Of a stretch of 64,000 nt of DNA, positions 1 to 9,840 are shown piece by piece; position 1 is the first letter of the stretch; every line of letters starts with the position of its first letter. Position numbers and translations under genes: made by a program. The stretch comes from Tolypothrix carrinoi HA7290-LM1 (GTDB lineage Bacteria; Cyanobacteriota; Cyanobacteriia; Cyanobacteriales; Nostocaceae). The notes below the pieces were generated by a model that did not search any database, was not told where the DNA came from, and was given only the letters and a program-made list of their open reading frames with translations. The stretch covers positions 29,845 through 93,844 of the forward strand of contig JAHHIK010000019.1 of the NCBI GenBank assembly GCA_019358935.1, given 5' to 3'.

Positions 1-74
1 GTTTAGCAATTGCCTTTGCCTGCATGATTTATAAATAATCTAATTCGGTTTTTCAGTTAAGTGAAATAATAGCT

Positions 75-1475
75 GTGCCTGTGTCTCAACTGCCCTCTCA
101 ACCAACTGATAGTAATAGTAGTGCCGCAACGGATGTCACTCCGGTTGTAGCGCTAAAAGAACTCGTGGCACGGCTGCACCGAGAACAAAACAAAATTCAA
201 GATTTGTTAAGTTCTTTAGGATTTGCTCTGAGAAGCTTCAATAATTTGAATCAGTTTTTAGAGCTAATTCCGTTGATGGCGACACGAGTAACAGATGCAG
301 ATGGTAGTGCTCTGTTTCTCTATAAACCTAATGGTCAAGTTCGATTAGAGCAGTTGCATTGGCAGGATAGTCACCAGCGCAAACATATTCGCAAAGCGCT
401 AGAAACCGCTACCAGTCAAATCACACTTCTGCCAAATACGGCACCTTTAGCAAACGCTACGGGTGTTTTGGATGCCCAGATGCATCGCTACTTAGGACCA
501 GATATGCAAATATTTGGTACGGCAATTTTGGTGAAACATGCAGAACGAGGATGGTTGTACGTGTTGAGTCGCGATCCGGAATATAGCTGGACGGAAACTA
601 GACAAAAATTAGTCCGGTTAGTGGCAGACCAAACAGCAGTAGCGATTGAAAACGATGAACTGGCTGTAGAATTACGAAAAAAAGAACGCTTAGATCAAGA
701 ACTAGAAATTGGTGCGGAAATTCAACGCCGGCTTTTACCTCGTCAATGTCCCTCGATTCCTGGTATAGCTTTGGCTGCGCGTTGTAAACCGGCAAATCGT
801 GTCGGCGGAGACTATTATGATTTTATTCCTACCAAGCAGAATCAGTTTCAGCTAAATAGTAAAGATACTATCAGCTTAGAAACTGGTCGTTGGGGTTTTG
901 TAATTGGTGATGTCATGGGCAAAGGTGTCCCGGCTGGGTTAATTATGACCATGATGCGGGGAATGCTACGAGGAGAAGTATTACACGGTAATTCACCAGC
1001 AGCAATTCTCCAAAATTTAAATCAAGTCATGTATGCGGATTTGGAAAATTCCCATCGTTTTGTGACACTGTTTTACTCAGAATATGACCCCCAAAATAGA
1101 ATTTTGTCTTATAGCAATGCAGCACATAATCCTCCTTTGTGGTGGCACGCAGCTACAAAAACTGTGACACGTTTGGATACATTAGGTATGTTGATTGGTT
1201 TGGATACTAACAGCGAATATGAAGATGCTCAGGTACAGTTAGAACCTGGAGATACAATTATTTACTATACAGATGGTTTGACTGAGGCGGCTTCTGCGGG
1301 AGGCGATCGCTTCGATGAAGAAAACTTTGTCGATGCTTTTAATTTGGCTTGCAGGCATTGCAATGGACCAGAAGAGATTCTCGATTACCTGTTTAACCAA
1401 GTTTATCAATTCATCGGTGCCGATAAGCAAAACACCGATGATATGACGTTGGTGGTGCTGCAAGTTAATGGATAG
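75..1475 (+). CDS. GAF-domain PP2C/SpoIIE (RsbU-like) Ser/Thr phosphatase
   Basis: VGGDYYD, IGDVMGKG, YTDGLTE and DDMT motifs; N-terminal GAF-like region ending in AVAIEN. Confidence 0.9.
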   Translation: MPVSQLPSQPTDSNSSAATDVTPVVALKELVARLHREQNKIQDLLSSLGFALRSFNNLNQFLELIPLMATRVTDADGSALFLYKPNGQVRLEQLHWQDSHQRKHIRKALETATSQITLLPNTAPLANATGVLDAQMHRYLGPDMQIFGTAILVKHAERGWLYVLSRDPEYSWTETRQKLVRLVADQTAVAIENDELAVELRKKERLDQELEIGAEIQRRLLPRQCPSIPGIALAARCKPANRVGGDYYDFIPTKQNQFQLNSKDTISLETGRWGFVIGDVMGKGVPAGLIMTMMRGMLRGEVLHGNSPAAILQNLNQVMYADLENSHRFVTLFYSEYDPQNRILSYSNAAHNPPLWWHAATKTVTRLDTLGMLIGLDTNSEYEDAQVQLEPGDTIIYYTDGLTEAASAGGDRFDEENFVDAFNLACRHCNGPEEILDYLFNQVYQFIGADKQNTDDMTLVVLQVNG

Positions 1476-1476
1476 T

Positions 1477-1657
1477 GGGCATGGGGCATCAAGCATGGGG
1501 CATGGGGCATCAAGCATGGGGCATTGGGCATGGGGCATCAAGCATGGGGCATCAAGCATGGAAAGAATCGTATTAGAACGCGCATCACTTACAGCCGCTT
1601 TTTTTATTCCCAATGCCCATTGCCCATTGCCCATTGCCCATTGCCCATTGCCCATTG
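1477..1657. repeat. Inverted pair of 7-bp STRR tracts between convergent genes
   Basis: (ATGGGGC/ATCAAGC)n followed by (TGCCCAT)n. Confidence 0.85.
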
Positions 1658-1694
1658 CGATAGGGCCCATTACCTATTAACAACCAACAACTAA

Positions 1695-2747
1695 TCAAAA
1701 CACAATCGTCCATCCCTGGTCTTTGGCATCTTCTTTAGTATAAGAAACACCATCAACTTTAATACCTTCTTGATTGAGAATGGTGATAATTCCACCATCA
1801 TTAGAAAGCTGAATTTTTTCTTTATTTAAAGGCACTGTGACAGATGCACTAGGCGCGATTTTTAATTGATCAAGTAGTTGTTTTTGTTTCAGTTTATTAG
1901 TAAGTGTCCAACCGCTTAAGTCTATTTGTTCGGGTGAGGAATTGATTAAAGTAACTGACTCCTTTCCTGAATCTTCTCCTAGAGGATTTACTAAAGCAGC
2001 AACGATTTTTACTCGTGCCTTCACTGCTGGAACGCTGGGATCTGGTGGTTCAGTTCCTACTTTCTTATTTATTGGATTTCCTGTGCTATCGTCTGTGTGG
2101 AAGGACTGCGATTGAAAGGCAAAAAATGCTCCTACCCAGTATTCTTGGGATGCGATCGCACTCGGAAAATGAATTAACAATGCCCCATCTTGGTAAACTC
2201 CATTTTCTTTAGCAAAGCTTCCGCTGTTGCCTTGATTCATGTGAATATTATGAATGCCTCTCCCTGGTTCAAAGCCGAATATCTTGTCAGGCTTATCTTC
2301 CTTTTTTTCAACTCCCCACGGTTCCCCGAATGCGTAGATAACCGCTTTTGTCTCAATTGCCCTTTGAATATATGAGTCAATCAGTTCGTTGAGATCGTTG
2401 TTTTCTCCTGGTAAGTTGAAGGGCAAAGGTTTCATATTGGTGACTTTAAATAAATTTGCTCTGATGTAGTCCAGCGCAATTCCTCCGGCTTTTCTATCTG
2501 TCTCGGCAATCTTCGTAAAGCCAAAGTCCAATTTTTTGAGTTTGTCGGTGATGTAATGTTCAAAACTGTTCTCGACAAGATACAACAAATCGAAAGGTTT
2601 TTGACTTGATCTAACGTTGACTGCAAGACGATAGGAAAACTTACCATCATTCACATGGACTTGATAGTGTGGGGTATCTGTGCCAAGTTCGATTTTGCCA
2701 GCGATCGCCTGACACTTTAACACACCATAACCTTGGTCTAAATTCAT
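1695..2747 (-). CDS. DUF2278 (YukJ-like) protein with C-terminal lamin-tail-like domain
   Basis: GIHNIHMNQGN, QDGALL and FQSQSFHTDD motifs; C-terminal IVAALVNP...E.VTLIN...IDLSGWTL. Confidence 0.8.
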   Translation of the reverse strand: MNLDQGYGVLKCQAIAGKIELGTDTPHYQVHVNDGKFSYRLAVNVRSSQKPFDLLYLVENSFEHYITDKLKKLDFGFTKIAETDRKAGGIALDYIRANLFKVTNMKPLPFNLPGENNDLNELIDSYIQRAIETKAVIYAFGEPWGVEKKEDKPDKIFGFEPGRGIHNIHMNQGNSGSFAKENGVYQDGALLIHFPSAIASQEYWVGAFFAFQSQSFHTDDSTGNPINKKVGTEPPDPSVPAVKARVKIVAALVNPLGEDSGKESVTLINSSPEQIDLSGWTLTNKLKQKQLLDQLKIAPSASVTVPLNKEKIQLSNDGGIITILNQEGIKVDGVSYTKEDAKDQGWTIVF

Positions 2748-2976
2748 TGGACTTTCTCCTTTTTAATTAAATTAATCGAAATTCATTTGCAAGACAAATG
2801 CAATTACAGCAGCCAGCGAGAAAGCTTGGAAATGCATGACTCCAAAAGGCGAATCGCGGTATTTTTTTTGTCAGCTATTCGCCAGAGCAAGAGCCGCGAA
2901 TAGTATAACGTTTTACTCTTAACTTTTCCCTAAGCTTTTGTAAAAGGTGGTGCTAAGTAACTTGTATGTCTTTGGC

Positions 2977-3018
2977 GTAGCAATGATTACGCCGCACTAA
3001 GACAAGATAGCTTAGTAT
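2977..3018 (+). promoter_or_regulatory. Candidate NtcA-activated promoter (antisense or sRNA)
   Basis: GTA-GCAATGAT-TAC (2977-2990), 22 nt, TAGTAT (3013-3018). Confidence 0.55.
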
Positions 3019-3070
3019 TATGAGGCACGGTAGTACCCATGAGGGTGGTTTTTACATGGCAGGTAAACAG

Positions 3071-3691
3071 TCACCTACAAACAAGTTCTAGCCAACTGGG
3101 ATAAGCGAAAGAATCCGCAGCCAGCAACTTTGACTCACGATAAGTCTTAAATATCCAACTAGCTGTTTTTTGAAGATTATCCATCAAACAGGCTTCTTCG
3201 CCACTAGCTTCAAACGCTAAACTCCACCAAGGATTCTCCCGAATCAGTAGATGGGTAAGTTCTACGCTACAACCGTTGTCGATAGATTCATTAGCTGAAA
3301 CAGCTTGTGGTGGAAACTCCGGGACAATTTGGTAAAGTTGCGAATAACGAACTTTTTGCACACTCACCCATGAAGGGGTATTTACAACCGTTGTCTTCCG
3401 AAAACTTTCTTTTGTAGAATCTTCACACAGCCACTTGCCCCATTTTTCTGCTTTGCCTTCTACAGAATCGCCAAAACGGATTATCCCTAATTCTGATTTG
3501 CGCCATTTGACTTCTAGGCGTCCTTGCCGGAGTTTGATTCCCAAGAAGTCACATGGGGAGTACAAATATAAATCTTCTCGTTCTTCTGGTGACTGCAAAG
3601 AGTCAAGGAGACAATTTTGTTTAAACCAAAGTTCAATGTCTTCCGGTATACTGCCAGGGTAAAACCAACGTAGTTCGTTACTTATCAGCAT
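3071..3691 (-). CDS. Hypothetical protein, possibly CYTH-like
   Basis: 206-aa ORF; ELRWF, REDLYL, IKLR..RLEVK and VELT pattern resembles CYTH proteins (inference). Confidence 0.55.
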   Translation of the reverse strand: MLISNELRWFYPGSIPEDIELWFKQNCLLDSLQSPEEREDLYLYSPCDFLGIKLRQGRLEVKWRKSELGIIRFGDSVEGKAEKWGKWLCEDSTKESFRKTTVVNTPSWVSVQKVRYSQLYQIVPEFPPQAVSANESIDNGCSVELTHLLIRENPWWSLAFEASGEEACLMDNLQKTASWIFKTYRESKLLAADSFAYPSWLELVCR

Positions 3692-3918
3692 AATTTGTTT
3701 CGTTGGTGGGAGCGTGGGAGCGTTGTTGGTGGGAGCGTTGTTGCTGGGAGCGTTGTTGCTTGACGGTTAACAGTTATCAACTATCCACTATCCACTATCT
3801 ACGCTCCCACTAACTACTAACCTCTCCCCCTCTCCTAAATGTCCCTGTTGATGGGAGAATGAAAACGGTAAATTTAAGCGTGCCTTGTGTTGCTTCCAGC
3901 CCAAAGGAATCTGTAGAA

Positions 3919-4464
3919 ATGTGGAAACGAATTGTATTGATTTTGCTATTGGTGTTTAGCTTCAGCCTCAGTAATTCTGGTGTAGCGGTTGCGGCTGGAC
4001 TCAACAGCTTTGTAGACACTACTGATGGCTATCAGTTCTTATATCCTAACGGTTGGGTGCAAGTTAAAGTTGCCAACGGACCGGATGTGGTATTTCACGA
4101 TTTGATTCAGGTGACTGAAAATGTTTCTGTGGTGATTAGTCCGGTTCCAGATAACAAAACTTTGACAGAACTCGGCACGCCTGGAGAGGTAGGATATAAG
4201 TTGTCAAAAAATGCGATCGCTCCTCCTGACTCTGGTCGCAAAGCGGAATTAGTCAACGCCGCACAACGAGAATCTAATGGTAAAACTTACTACTTATTAG
4301 AGTATGAAGTTCAACTTCCCAATAACAGAAAACGGCATAACCTCGCCAGTGTCGCTGTTAGCCGAGGTAAACTTTTTACCTTTAACGCCTCTGTCACCGA
4401 AAACCGTTGGCAGAGAGTTAAATCAATAATAGAAAACTGTGTGAATTCTTTTTCTGTATATTAG
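3919..4464 (+). CDS. psbP: Photosystem II PsbP (CyanoP)
   Basis: Signal peptide; DGYQFLYPNGW, GPDVVFHD, ENVSVVIS motifs. Confidence 0.9.
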   Translation: MWKRIVLILLLVFSFSLSNSGVAVAAGLNSFVDTTDGYQFLYPNGWVQVKVANGPDVVFHDLIQVTENVSVVISPVPDNKTLTELGTPGEVGYKLSKNAIAPPDSGRKAELVNAAQRESNGKTYYLLEYEVQLPNNRKRHNLASVAVSRGKLFTFNASVTENRWQRVKSIIENCVNSFSVY

Positions 4465-4579
4465 GGACTGGGGACAAGGGACTGGGGACTAGGGATTAGG
4501 AAATAACTTCTTTACAATGCCCGATGCCCCATGCCCAATGCCCGATGCCCAATGCCCAATGCCCAATGCCCAATGCCCC

Positions 4580-5167
4580 ATGCCCACTTTTATACTCGCC
4601 TCTGCTTCCCCGGCGCGACGCCGTTTGTTGCAAACTGTTGGAATTGAGCCGACTGTTTGCGCCAGTGATTTTGATGAGTCACAAATCCAACTCAGTGAGC
4701 CAGGACAGTTGGTGCAAACTCTTGCTCAGTGTAAGGCAGAAACTGTAGCGCCTCAGTTTGCATCAGGTTTGATAATGGGTTGTGATTCGGTTTTGGCACT
4801 AAATGGTGAGATTCATGGTAAACCAGCAGACGCTGAAGAAGCGATCGCTCGTTGGCAAATCATGCGAGGTAATTTTGGCGATCTGTATACTGGTCATGCT
4901 TTGATTGACAAAGACCAAAATCGTACTTTAGTCAAGTGTCAGGTAACAAGAGTTTATTTTGGGGAAATGAGCGATCGCGCGATCGCTGCTTATGTTGCTA
5001 CAGGTGAACCGCTCAAGTGTGCTGGTGCTTTTGCCCTTGAGGGTTTTGGTAGTTTATTTGTGGAAAAAATCGAAGGGTGTCACAGTAACGTGATTGGTTT
5101 GAGTTTACCTCTGCTGCGGCATATGTTGGCAGAACTGGGGTACGAGGTTACTGATTTTTGGCGATAG
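4580..5167 (+). CDS. maf: Maf-family nucleoside triphosphate pyrophosphatase
   Basis: [36 protein letters not shown]; start placed after the STRR tract. Confidence 0.9.
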   Translation: MPTFILASASPARRRLLQTVGIEPTVCASDFDESQIQLSEPGQLVQTLAQCKAETVAPQFASGLIMGCDSVLALNGEIHGKPADAEEAIARWQIMRGNFGDLYTGHALIDKDQNRTLVKCQVTRVYFGEMSDRAIAAYVATGEPLKCAGAFALEGFGSLFVEKIEGCHSNVIGLSLPLLRHMLAELGYEVTDFWR

Positions 5168-5343
5168 TTTGATGGTTGTTGGTTGTTGGTTGTTAGTTGT
5201 TAGTTGATGGTTGAGAGTTGATGGTTGATGGTTGAGAGTTGATGGTTGGAGTGTTGGAGCGTTGACGCTTAACAGTCAACACTCAACAGTCAACAGTTAT
5301 CCACTATCCACTATCAACTAACCACGCTCCCACCAACCATTAA

Positions 5344-5595
5344 CTAATAACTAAATTGCCTGGTATTCAATAACGCTTCCCCATGATCGGGAATCCAAGC
5401 TAGCCATTCGTCTTCTGTAACCTGACACAATAACAGTGCTTCGTCAAAACTAAAGGTGCTCGGAAGTTCTAAAAGCTTTACCCAAGTAGAAGCTTGCAAC
5501 TTATGCTGCGAATTGGGGTAAGACTTACTTGATCCATCTAGATTCTGTCTTTGCCCTGCTACGCTAAAACCTAGTTTACGGGAATCTAGTTTCAT
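5344..5595 (-). CDS. Small hypothetical protein
   Basis: ORF with WVKLLELPSTFSFDEALLLC...WLAWIPDHGE, resembling small cyanobacterial proteins. Confidence 0.65.
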   Translation of the reverse strand: MKLDSRKLGFSVAGQRQNLDGSSKSYPNSQHKLQASTWVKLLELPSTFSFDEALLLCQVTEDEWLAWIPDHGEALLNTRQFSY

Positions 5596-5642
5596 GGCTT
5601 TGTGTTCCCTTAACACTCATCGATTAATTTGAAAATATTTCT

Positions 5643-5656
5643 GTAACCTAGGCTAC
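5643..5656. promoter_or_regulatory. Candidate NtcA box
   Basis: tGTA-ACCTAGGC-TACa about 50 bp upstream of the 5595 ATG; no -10 box at the activating distance. Confidence 0.4.
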
Positions 5657-5797
5657 AAAATAATGAATACTATTGCAAAGTGGCTGTCGTATAACTTTAC
5701 GTTTGGGGAGATGGTGAGTGCGATCGCACTCACATAACCTTGGAATAGGCAATATCATGTCCGCTTAATTAACAGTGATAAAAACACCACAACCGTT

Positions 5798-5959
5798 GTA
5801 GAGACGCAAGGAACCGGAGCGTCTCTACCAAGATTAATCGCGTCTCTACCAAGATTAATCGCGTCTCTACCAAGATTAATCGCGTCTCTACCAAGATTAA
5901 TTGCGTCTCTACCAAGATTAATTGCGTCTCTACCAAGATTAATTGCGTCTCTACCAAGA
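5798..5959. repeat. GTAG palindrome followed by a 21-bp tandem array (7 copies)
   Basis: GCGTCTCTACCAAGATTAATY at 5819, 5840, 5861, 5882, 5903, 5924, 5945. Confidence 0.95.
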
Positions 5960-6064
5960 ATTTCGGGCAATAGTAAAATTACTTTGTCAGTAAAGACTAG
6001 ATGACCTGTTGTAGTGGTAGTGGTGATAGTAGGGACTTGTACAAACCATTACACTTCTTCCCTG

Positions 6065-8908
6065 ATGAATAATAAAGCGGGTGTCCAAACGATTTTACTG
6101 TTGGCAGCGAATCCCAGAGATACTTCTAAACTGCAACTTGATGTAGAGGTGCGGGAAATTGATGAAGGGTTGCGACGAGCGAATAAGCGGGAACAGTTTA
6201 AATTGAAGCAAAAGTGGGCAGTGCGATCGCGTGATTTTTACCGCGCTATTCTCGACACTCAACCGCAGATTGTTCACTTTAGCGGACACGGGACTGCTGA
6301 GGATGGAATTATCCTGGAAAATGAGATGAAGCAGACGGTGTATGTACAAGCTGATGCGCTGGCAAGTATGTTTAAGCTGTTTGCGAGAAAGGGTGTGGAG
6401 TGTGTTGTTCTTAATGCTTGTTATTCAGAAGTGCAAGCAGAGGCTATTAGCCAATATGTAAAATATGTCATTGGCATGAATAAAGCTGTGGGTGATAAAG
6501 CAGCTGTTGCCTTTGCTGTCGCGTTTTACGATGCGCTCGGTGCTGGGGAAGATGTGGAATTTGCCTATGAGTTAGGCTGCTCTCAGATGATAGGCTTTTT
6601 GGAGCATCAAACTCCGGTTCTGAAGAAAAATGAGTTAACTCATGTCTTAACTCCTTTTCAAACAGATGTTATTCCACCCAACCCTTACCAGGGATTGTCT
6701 GCTTTTGGGGAAGAGGATGCAGCTTTCTTTTTTGGACGGGAGACTTTTGTTAATGAGTTAGTTCAGACGACTCGCAAACAGCCTTTGGTAGGTGTGGTTG
6801 GTCCGAGTGGTAGTGGTAAATCTTCTATCGTGTTTGCCGGACTGATTCCGCAGTTGCGAAGTGAGGGAAACTGGCTGATTTCATCTTTTCGTCCTGGTAA
6901 TCAACCATTTTATCAGCTGGCTTGTGCGTTGGTGCGTTTATTAGAGCCAGAACTGAGTGAAACTGGACTACTGCGAGAAGCTGCGGGACTGGCAGGTGAT
7001 ATGCAGTCCAGTAGAATTACTTTGCAGCAAGTAGCGTCTCGCATCAAAGAACGCAATGGTGGTAAACGTCTGTTGTTAGTTGCAGACCAATTTGAAGAAC
7101 TTTATACTCTTTGCCAGAAGGAAGAACAAGAACGCTTTGCTGATGCTTTGTTGGGGGCTATTTCTCCAGAAATGACACTGGTTTTCACTTTACGAGCAGA
7201 CTTTTACGGCTATGTGCTTTCCTACCGTTTGTTTCGGGATGCGTTGCAGCAGTTTACACCTCAGTTGCTGAGTTCGATGAAACCAGAGGAACTGAAAGCA
7301 GCGATCGCACTACCGGCACAAAAGTTAGAGGTGCAATTAGAAGCGCAACTGACGCAACGAATTTTGGATGATGTGGGACAAGAACCGGGTAATTTGCCAT
7401 TGTTGGAATTTGCTTTAACTCGACTGTGGGAAAAGCAAGAAAATCGGGTGTTAACTCACCAAGCATACGATGAAATTGGCGGTGTGAAGAAGGCGATCGC
7501 CAATCATGCAGAACAGGTTTATCAACAACTTAGTGAAACACAGCAAAAACAGGCACAGCGAATTTTTGTGCAATTAGTGCGTCCTGGGGAGGGAACGGAG
7601 GATACTCGACGCATGGCGACTCGTGCGGAAGTTGGGGAAGATAATTGGGGCTTGGTGAGTTATTTAGCGGGATATCAAGCGCGGTTGGTGGTGACGGGGG
7701 GAGGGAAGGCAGGGGAGGCAGGGGAGGCAGGGGAGGCAGGGGAAGCAGGGGAAGCAGGGGAAGGGATTAAAAGTTCCTCGGTTTCTTTCGCGGAAGATAC
7801 GGTAGAGGTGGTGCATGAAGCGCTGATTCGGGAATGGGAAACTTTGCGAGAGTGGATAAATGCTAACCGTGAATTTCGCACTTGGCAAGAAAGGTTAAAA
7901 GTAGCATTACGAGAATGGAAAAATAACAACCATGACGCTGGGGCTTTGTTGCGTGGTGTGCCGTTGACTGTGGCATCCGATTGGTTGCACAAACGTGCAG
8001 AGGAAATGACGCAGGAGGAGCGAGATTTTATTCAAGTTAGCGGACAACAACGGGATAGGGATAAGCAGGAACGCGAACATCAACAGCAGCGCGAATTGGC
8101 TTTAGAGCGACAAGCACGATATCGGTTGCAATGGTTGGTAGCTGTCTTGACTACTATTGTTTTTAGTACCACAAGCTATCTCGCCTATCCTCAAGTATTG
8201 CGCTACCAAGCTGCTGCATTAGGAAGAATGATAAAAATTTCATCTGGTGAATTTATTGTTGGTACAAATGATCCTGACGCAGAAACTGAAGAAAAGCCAC
8301 AAAGACGCACATATCTACCAGAATTTGAGATTGAAAAATATGAAGTCTCCAATCGTCAGTATGACTTATGTGTCAAAGTTGCAGCTTGTTCTCTACCTGC
8401 AAAAGGGTTAAGTAGATTTTATGACAAGAATACTTTGGATCATCCAGTTGTGGGAGTTACAGCAATTCAGGCAAATGAATACTGTCGTTGGTTAGGGAGG
8501 CGCTTACCAACAGAATTAGAATGGGAGCGAGCTGCACGAGGTTCTAATGGTCGCTTATGGTCTTGGGGCAATACAAAGCCAACACCTCAGCAAGCAAATA
8601 TTGTCCTTCGCACAAAAAATCCCGAAAACACTGAACCTGTGACAAGTTATTCTCCTGGTCGTAGTCCAGAGGGTGTTTATAACTTAGTAGGAAACGTCTG
8701 GGAGTGGACAGCATCTTATTTTGAAGGCTATTCTGACTCTGATGAAAAAAAGCACATTTGGGATGGTCAAATAAAAACATTAATTTTGGATAAGTCACTA
8801 GCTGTACGAGGAGGTAGCTGGAAAGACTCTATGCCAAGAATTACATCTCGCATACCGAGTTCATCAGAAAATGCTGATGACGTAGTTGGCATACGATGTA
8901 CTAACTAA
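6065..8908 (+). CDS. CHAT-like domain / STAND (nSTAND1-like) NTPase / TM / FGE-sulfatase (SUMF1) protein
   Basis: ILLLAANP, VHFSGHG, VLNAC; NPYQGL, GPSGSGKSS, DQFEELYT, LPLLEFAL; TM helix; RLPTELEWERAARG, GNVWEW, RGGSW. Confidence 0.85.
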   Translation: MNNKAGVQTILLLAANPRDTSKLQLDVEVREIDEGLRRANKREQFKLKQKWAVRSRDFYRAILDTQPQIVHFSGHGTAEDGIILENEMKQTVYVQADALASMFKLFARKGVECVVLNACYSEVQAEAISQYVKYVIGMNKAVGDKAAVAFAVAFYDALGAGEDVEFAYELGCSQMIGFLEHQTPVLKKNELTHVLTPFQTDVIPPNPYQGLSAFGEEDAAFFFGRETFVNELVQTTRKQPLVGVVGPSGSGKSSIVFAGLIPQLRSEGNWLISSFRPGNQPFYQLACALVRLLEPELSETGLLREAAGLAGDMQSSRITLQQVASRIKERNGGKRLLLVADQFEELYTLCQKEEQERFADALLGAISPEMTLVFTLRADFYGYVLSYRLFRDALQQFTPQLLSSMKPEELKAAIALPAQKLEVQLEAQLTQRILDDVGQEPGNLPLLEFALTRLWEKQENRVLTHQAYDEIGGVKKAIANHAEQVYQQLSETQQKQAQRIFVQLVRPGEGTEDTRRMATRAEVGEDNWGLVSYLAGYQARLVVTGGGKAGEAGEAGEAGEAGEAGEGIKSSSVSFAEDTVEVVHEALIREWETLREWINANREFRTWQERLKVALREWKNNNHDAGALLRGVPLTVASDWLHKRAEEMTQEERDFIQVSGQQRDRDKQEREHQQQRELALERQARYRLQWLVAVLTTIVFSTTSYLAYPQVLRYQAAALGRMIKISSGEFIVGTNDPDAETEEKPQRRTYLPEFEIEKYEVSNRQYDLCVKVAACSLPAKGLSRFYDKNTLDHPVVGVTAIQANEYCRWLGRRLPTELEWERAARGSNGRLWSWGNTKPTPQQANIVLRTKNPENTEPVTSYSPGRSPEGVYNLVGNVWEWTASYFEGYSDSDEKKHIWDGQIKTLILDKSLAVRGGSWKDSMPRITSRIPSSSENADDVVGIRCTN

Positions 8909-8977
8909 AAACTGTAGTAGTATTGTATGTAAAACTACTAATCAAATGCGAAAGTAATTCTTTTAGGAAAAGAAAAA

Positions 8978-9283
8978 ATGTCTGAATTGAAACCTAAGAA
9001 AGTAGGTGTACCAACACGTTCAATTCGTGCATCGAGACCACCACAACCTAGTCGCATTGATCCTGTCATAACTCCAAAAACAATTGTTACAGTAACTCAA
9101 GGAAAGGTATTAGCTGAAATTCAAAAGAATGGGATAACTATAGAAAGTAAGGAGATAACTGCCGTAGGAGAATATACCTTCCATGTTCCGAATAATTCTT
9201 CAACAGATGTATACAAAGTTGTAATTAGTTCCCTCGCTATTAGAAGCGAATATCAAATTCATGGAAATACCACAGTCTTGTAA
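8978..9283 (+). CDS. Hypothetical protein
   Basis: 101-aa ORF with AGGA RBS, co-oriented just downstream of the CHAT gene. Confidence 0.55.
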   Translation: MSELKPKKVGVPTRSIRASRPPQPSRIDPVITPKTIVTVTQGKVLAEIQKNGITIESKEITAVGEYTFHVPNNSSTDVYKVVISSLAIRSEYQIHGNTTVL

Positions 9284-9289
9284 AATGTG

Positions 9290-9525
9290 GCAGTCCTGAA
9301 AAACGAAAACATCTTAAATATTTGTACAGATCGCCCTTCGTATTGTAACCACACCTTAAATAATTGTAACGAAAGTTTAAGCATTTGCCATGAACACTTG
9401 TTTTTTGTAACGAAAGTTGAAGTGTTTATCACCACAGCTTTAATGTTGGTAGCGATCGCGCTGAGTATCCTAACCATAGCTTCAACGTTGGTAGCGATCG
9501 CGCTGAGTGTCGTTACCACAGCGAA
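9290..9525. repeat. Degenerate 42-bp HIP1-containing array, block 1
   Basis: HIP1 or near-HIP1 at 9326, 9452, 9494; unit about GTAGCGATCGCGCTGAGTGTCGTCACCACAGCTTTAACGTTG. Confidence 0.8.
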
Positions 9526-9585
9526 TCGTATTGTGCTAAAACGATTATTAATGACTTTATTTTAACTTTAAGTAAGAATTTACCA

Positions 9586-9840
9586 ATGATACCTGTAACA
9601 GTTGAATTCCCAGAAAGCGTATTTTCTGCTCTCCGCAAAAACCCCAATGAATTCATCGTAGAAATGCGAATTGCTGCTGCTGTTAAATGGTATGAACTTG
9701 GAGAAATATCGCAGAATAAAGCATCAGAAATTGCTGGATTAAGCCGTTATGAATTCATCAACGCTTTATCTCGTTATAGAGTTGATTTTATGCAATATAG
9801 TGCTGAAGAGTTAGCCCAAGAGATTGCCAATGTCGATTGA
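9586..9840 (+). CDS. UPF0175-family putative antitoxin
   Basis: EMRIAAAVKWYELGEISQNKASEIAGLSRYEF HTH signature; overlaps the PIN gene. Confidence 0.85.
   Translation: MIPVTVEFPESVFSALRKNPNEFIVEMRIAAAVKWYELGEISQNKASEIAGLSRYEFINALSRYRVDFMQYSAEELAQEIANVD

Noticed and set aside
1239..1680. ORFs of MGNGQW/CPMP/PCLPCL type here and at 17343-17589, 35630-35897, 40290-40626, 49898-50206, 55849-56240, 57906-58404, 62271-62593
   Set aside because: Translations of simple repeats or antisense shadows of real genes
5819..5959. Possible CRISPR array (also 62295-62504 and 9290-11082)
   Set aside because: Units are directly tandem with no unique spacers, and no cas genes are in the window
8700..8908. FGE-sulfatase C-terminus as a diversity-generating retroelement target
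   Set aside because: No template repeat or reverse transcriptase seen in the window; a remote one cannot be excluded
8925..8938. GTA-N8-TAC match after the CHAT gene
   Set aside because: No -10 box 22 nt downstream; lies within a small hairpin; the 6-bp pattern arises often by chance
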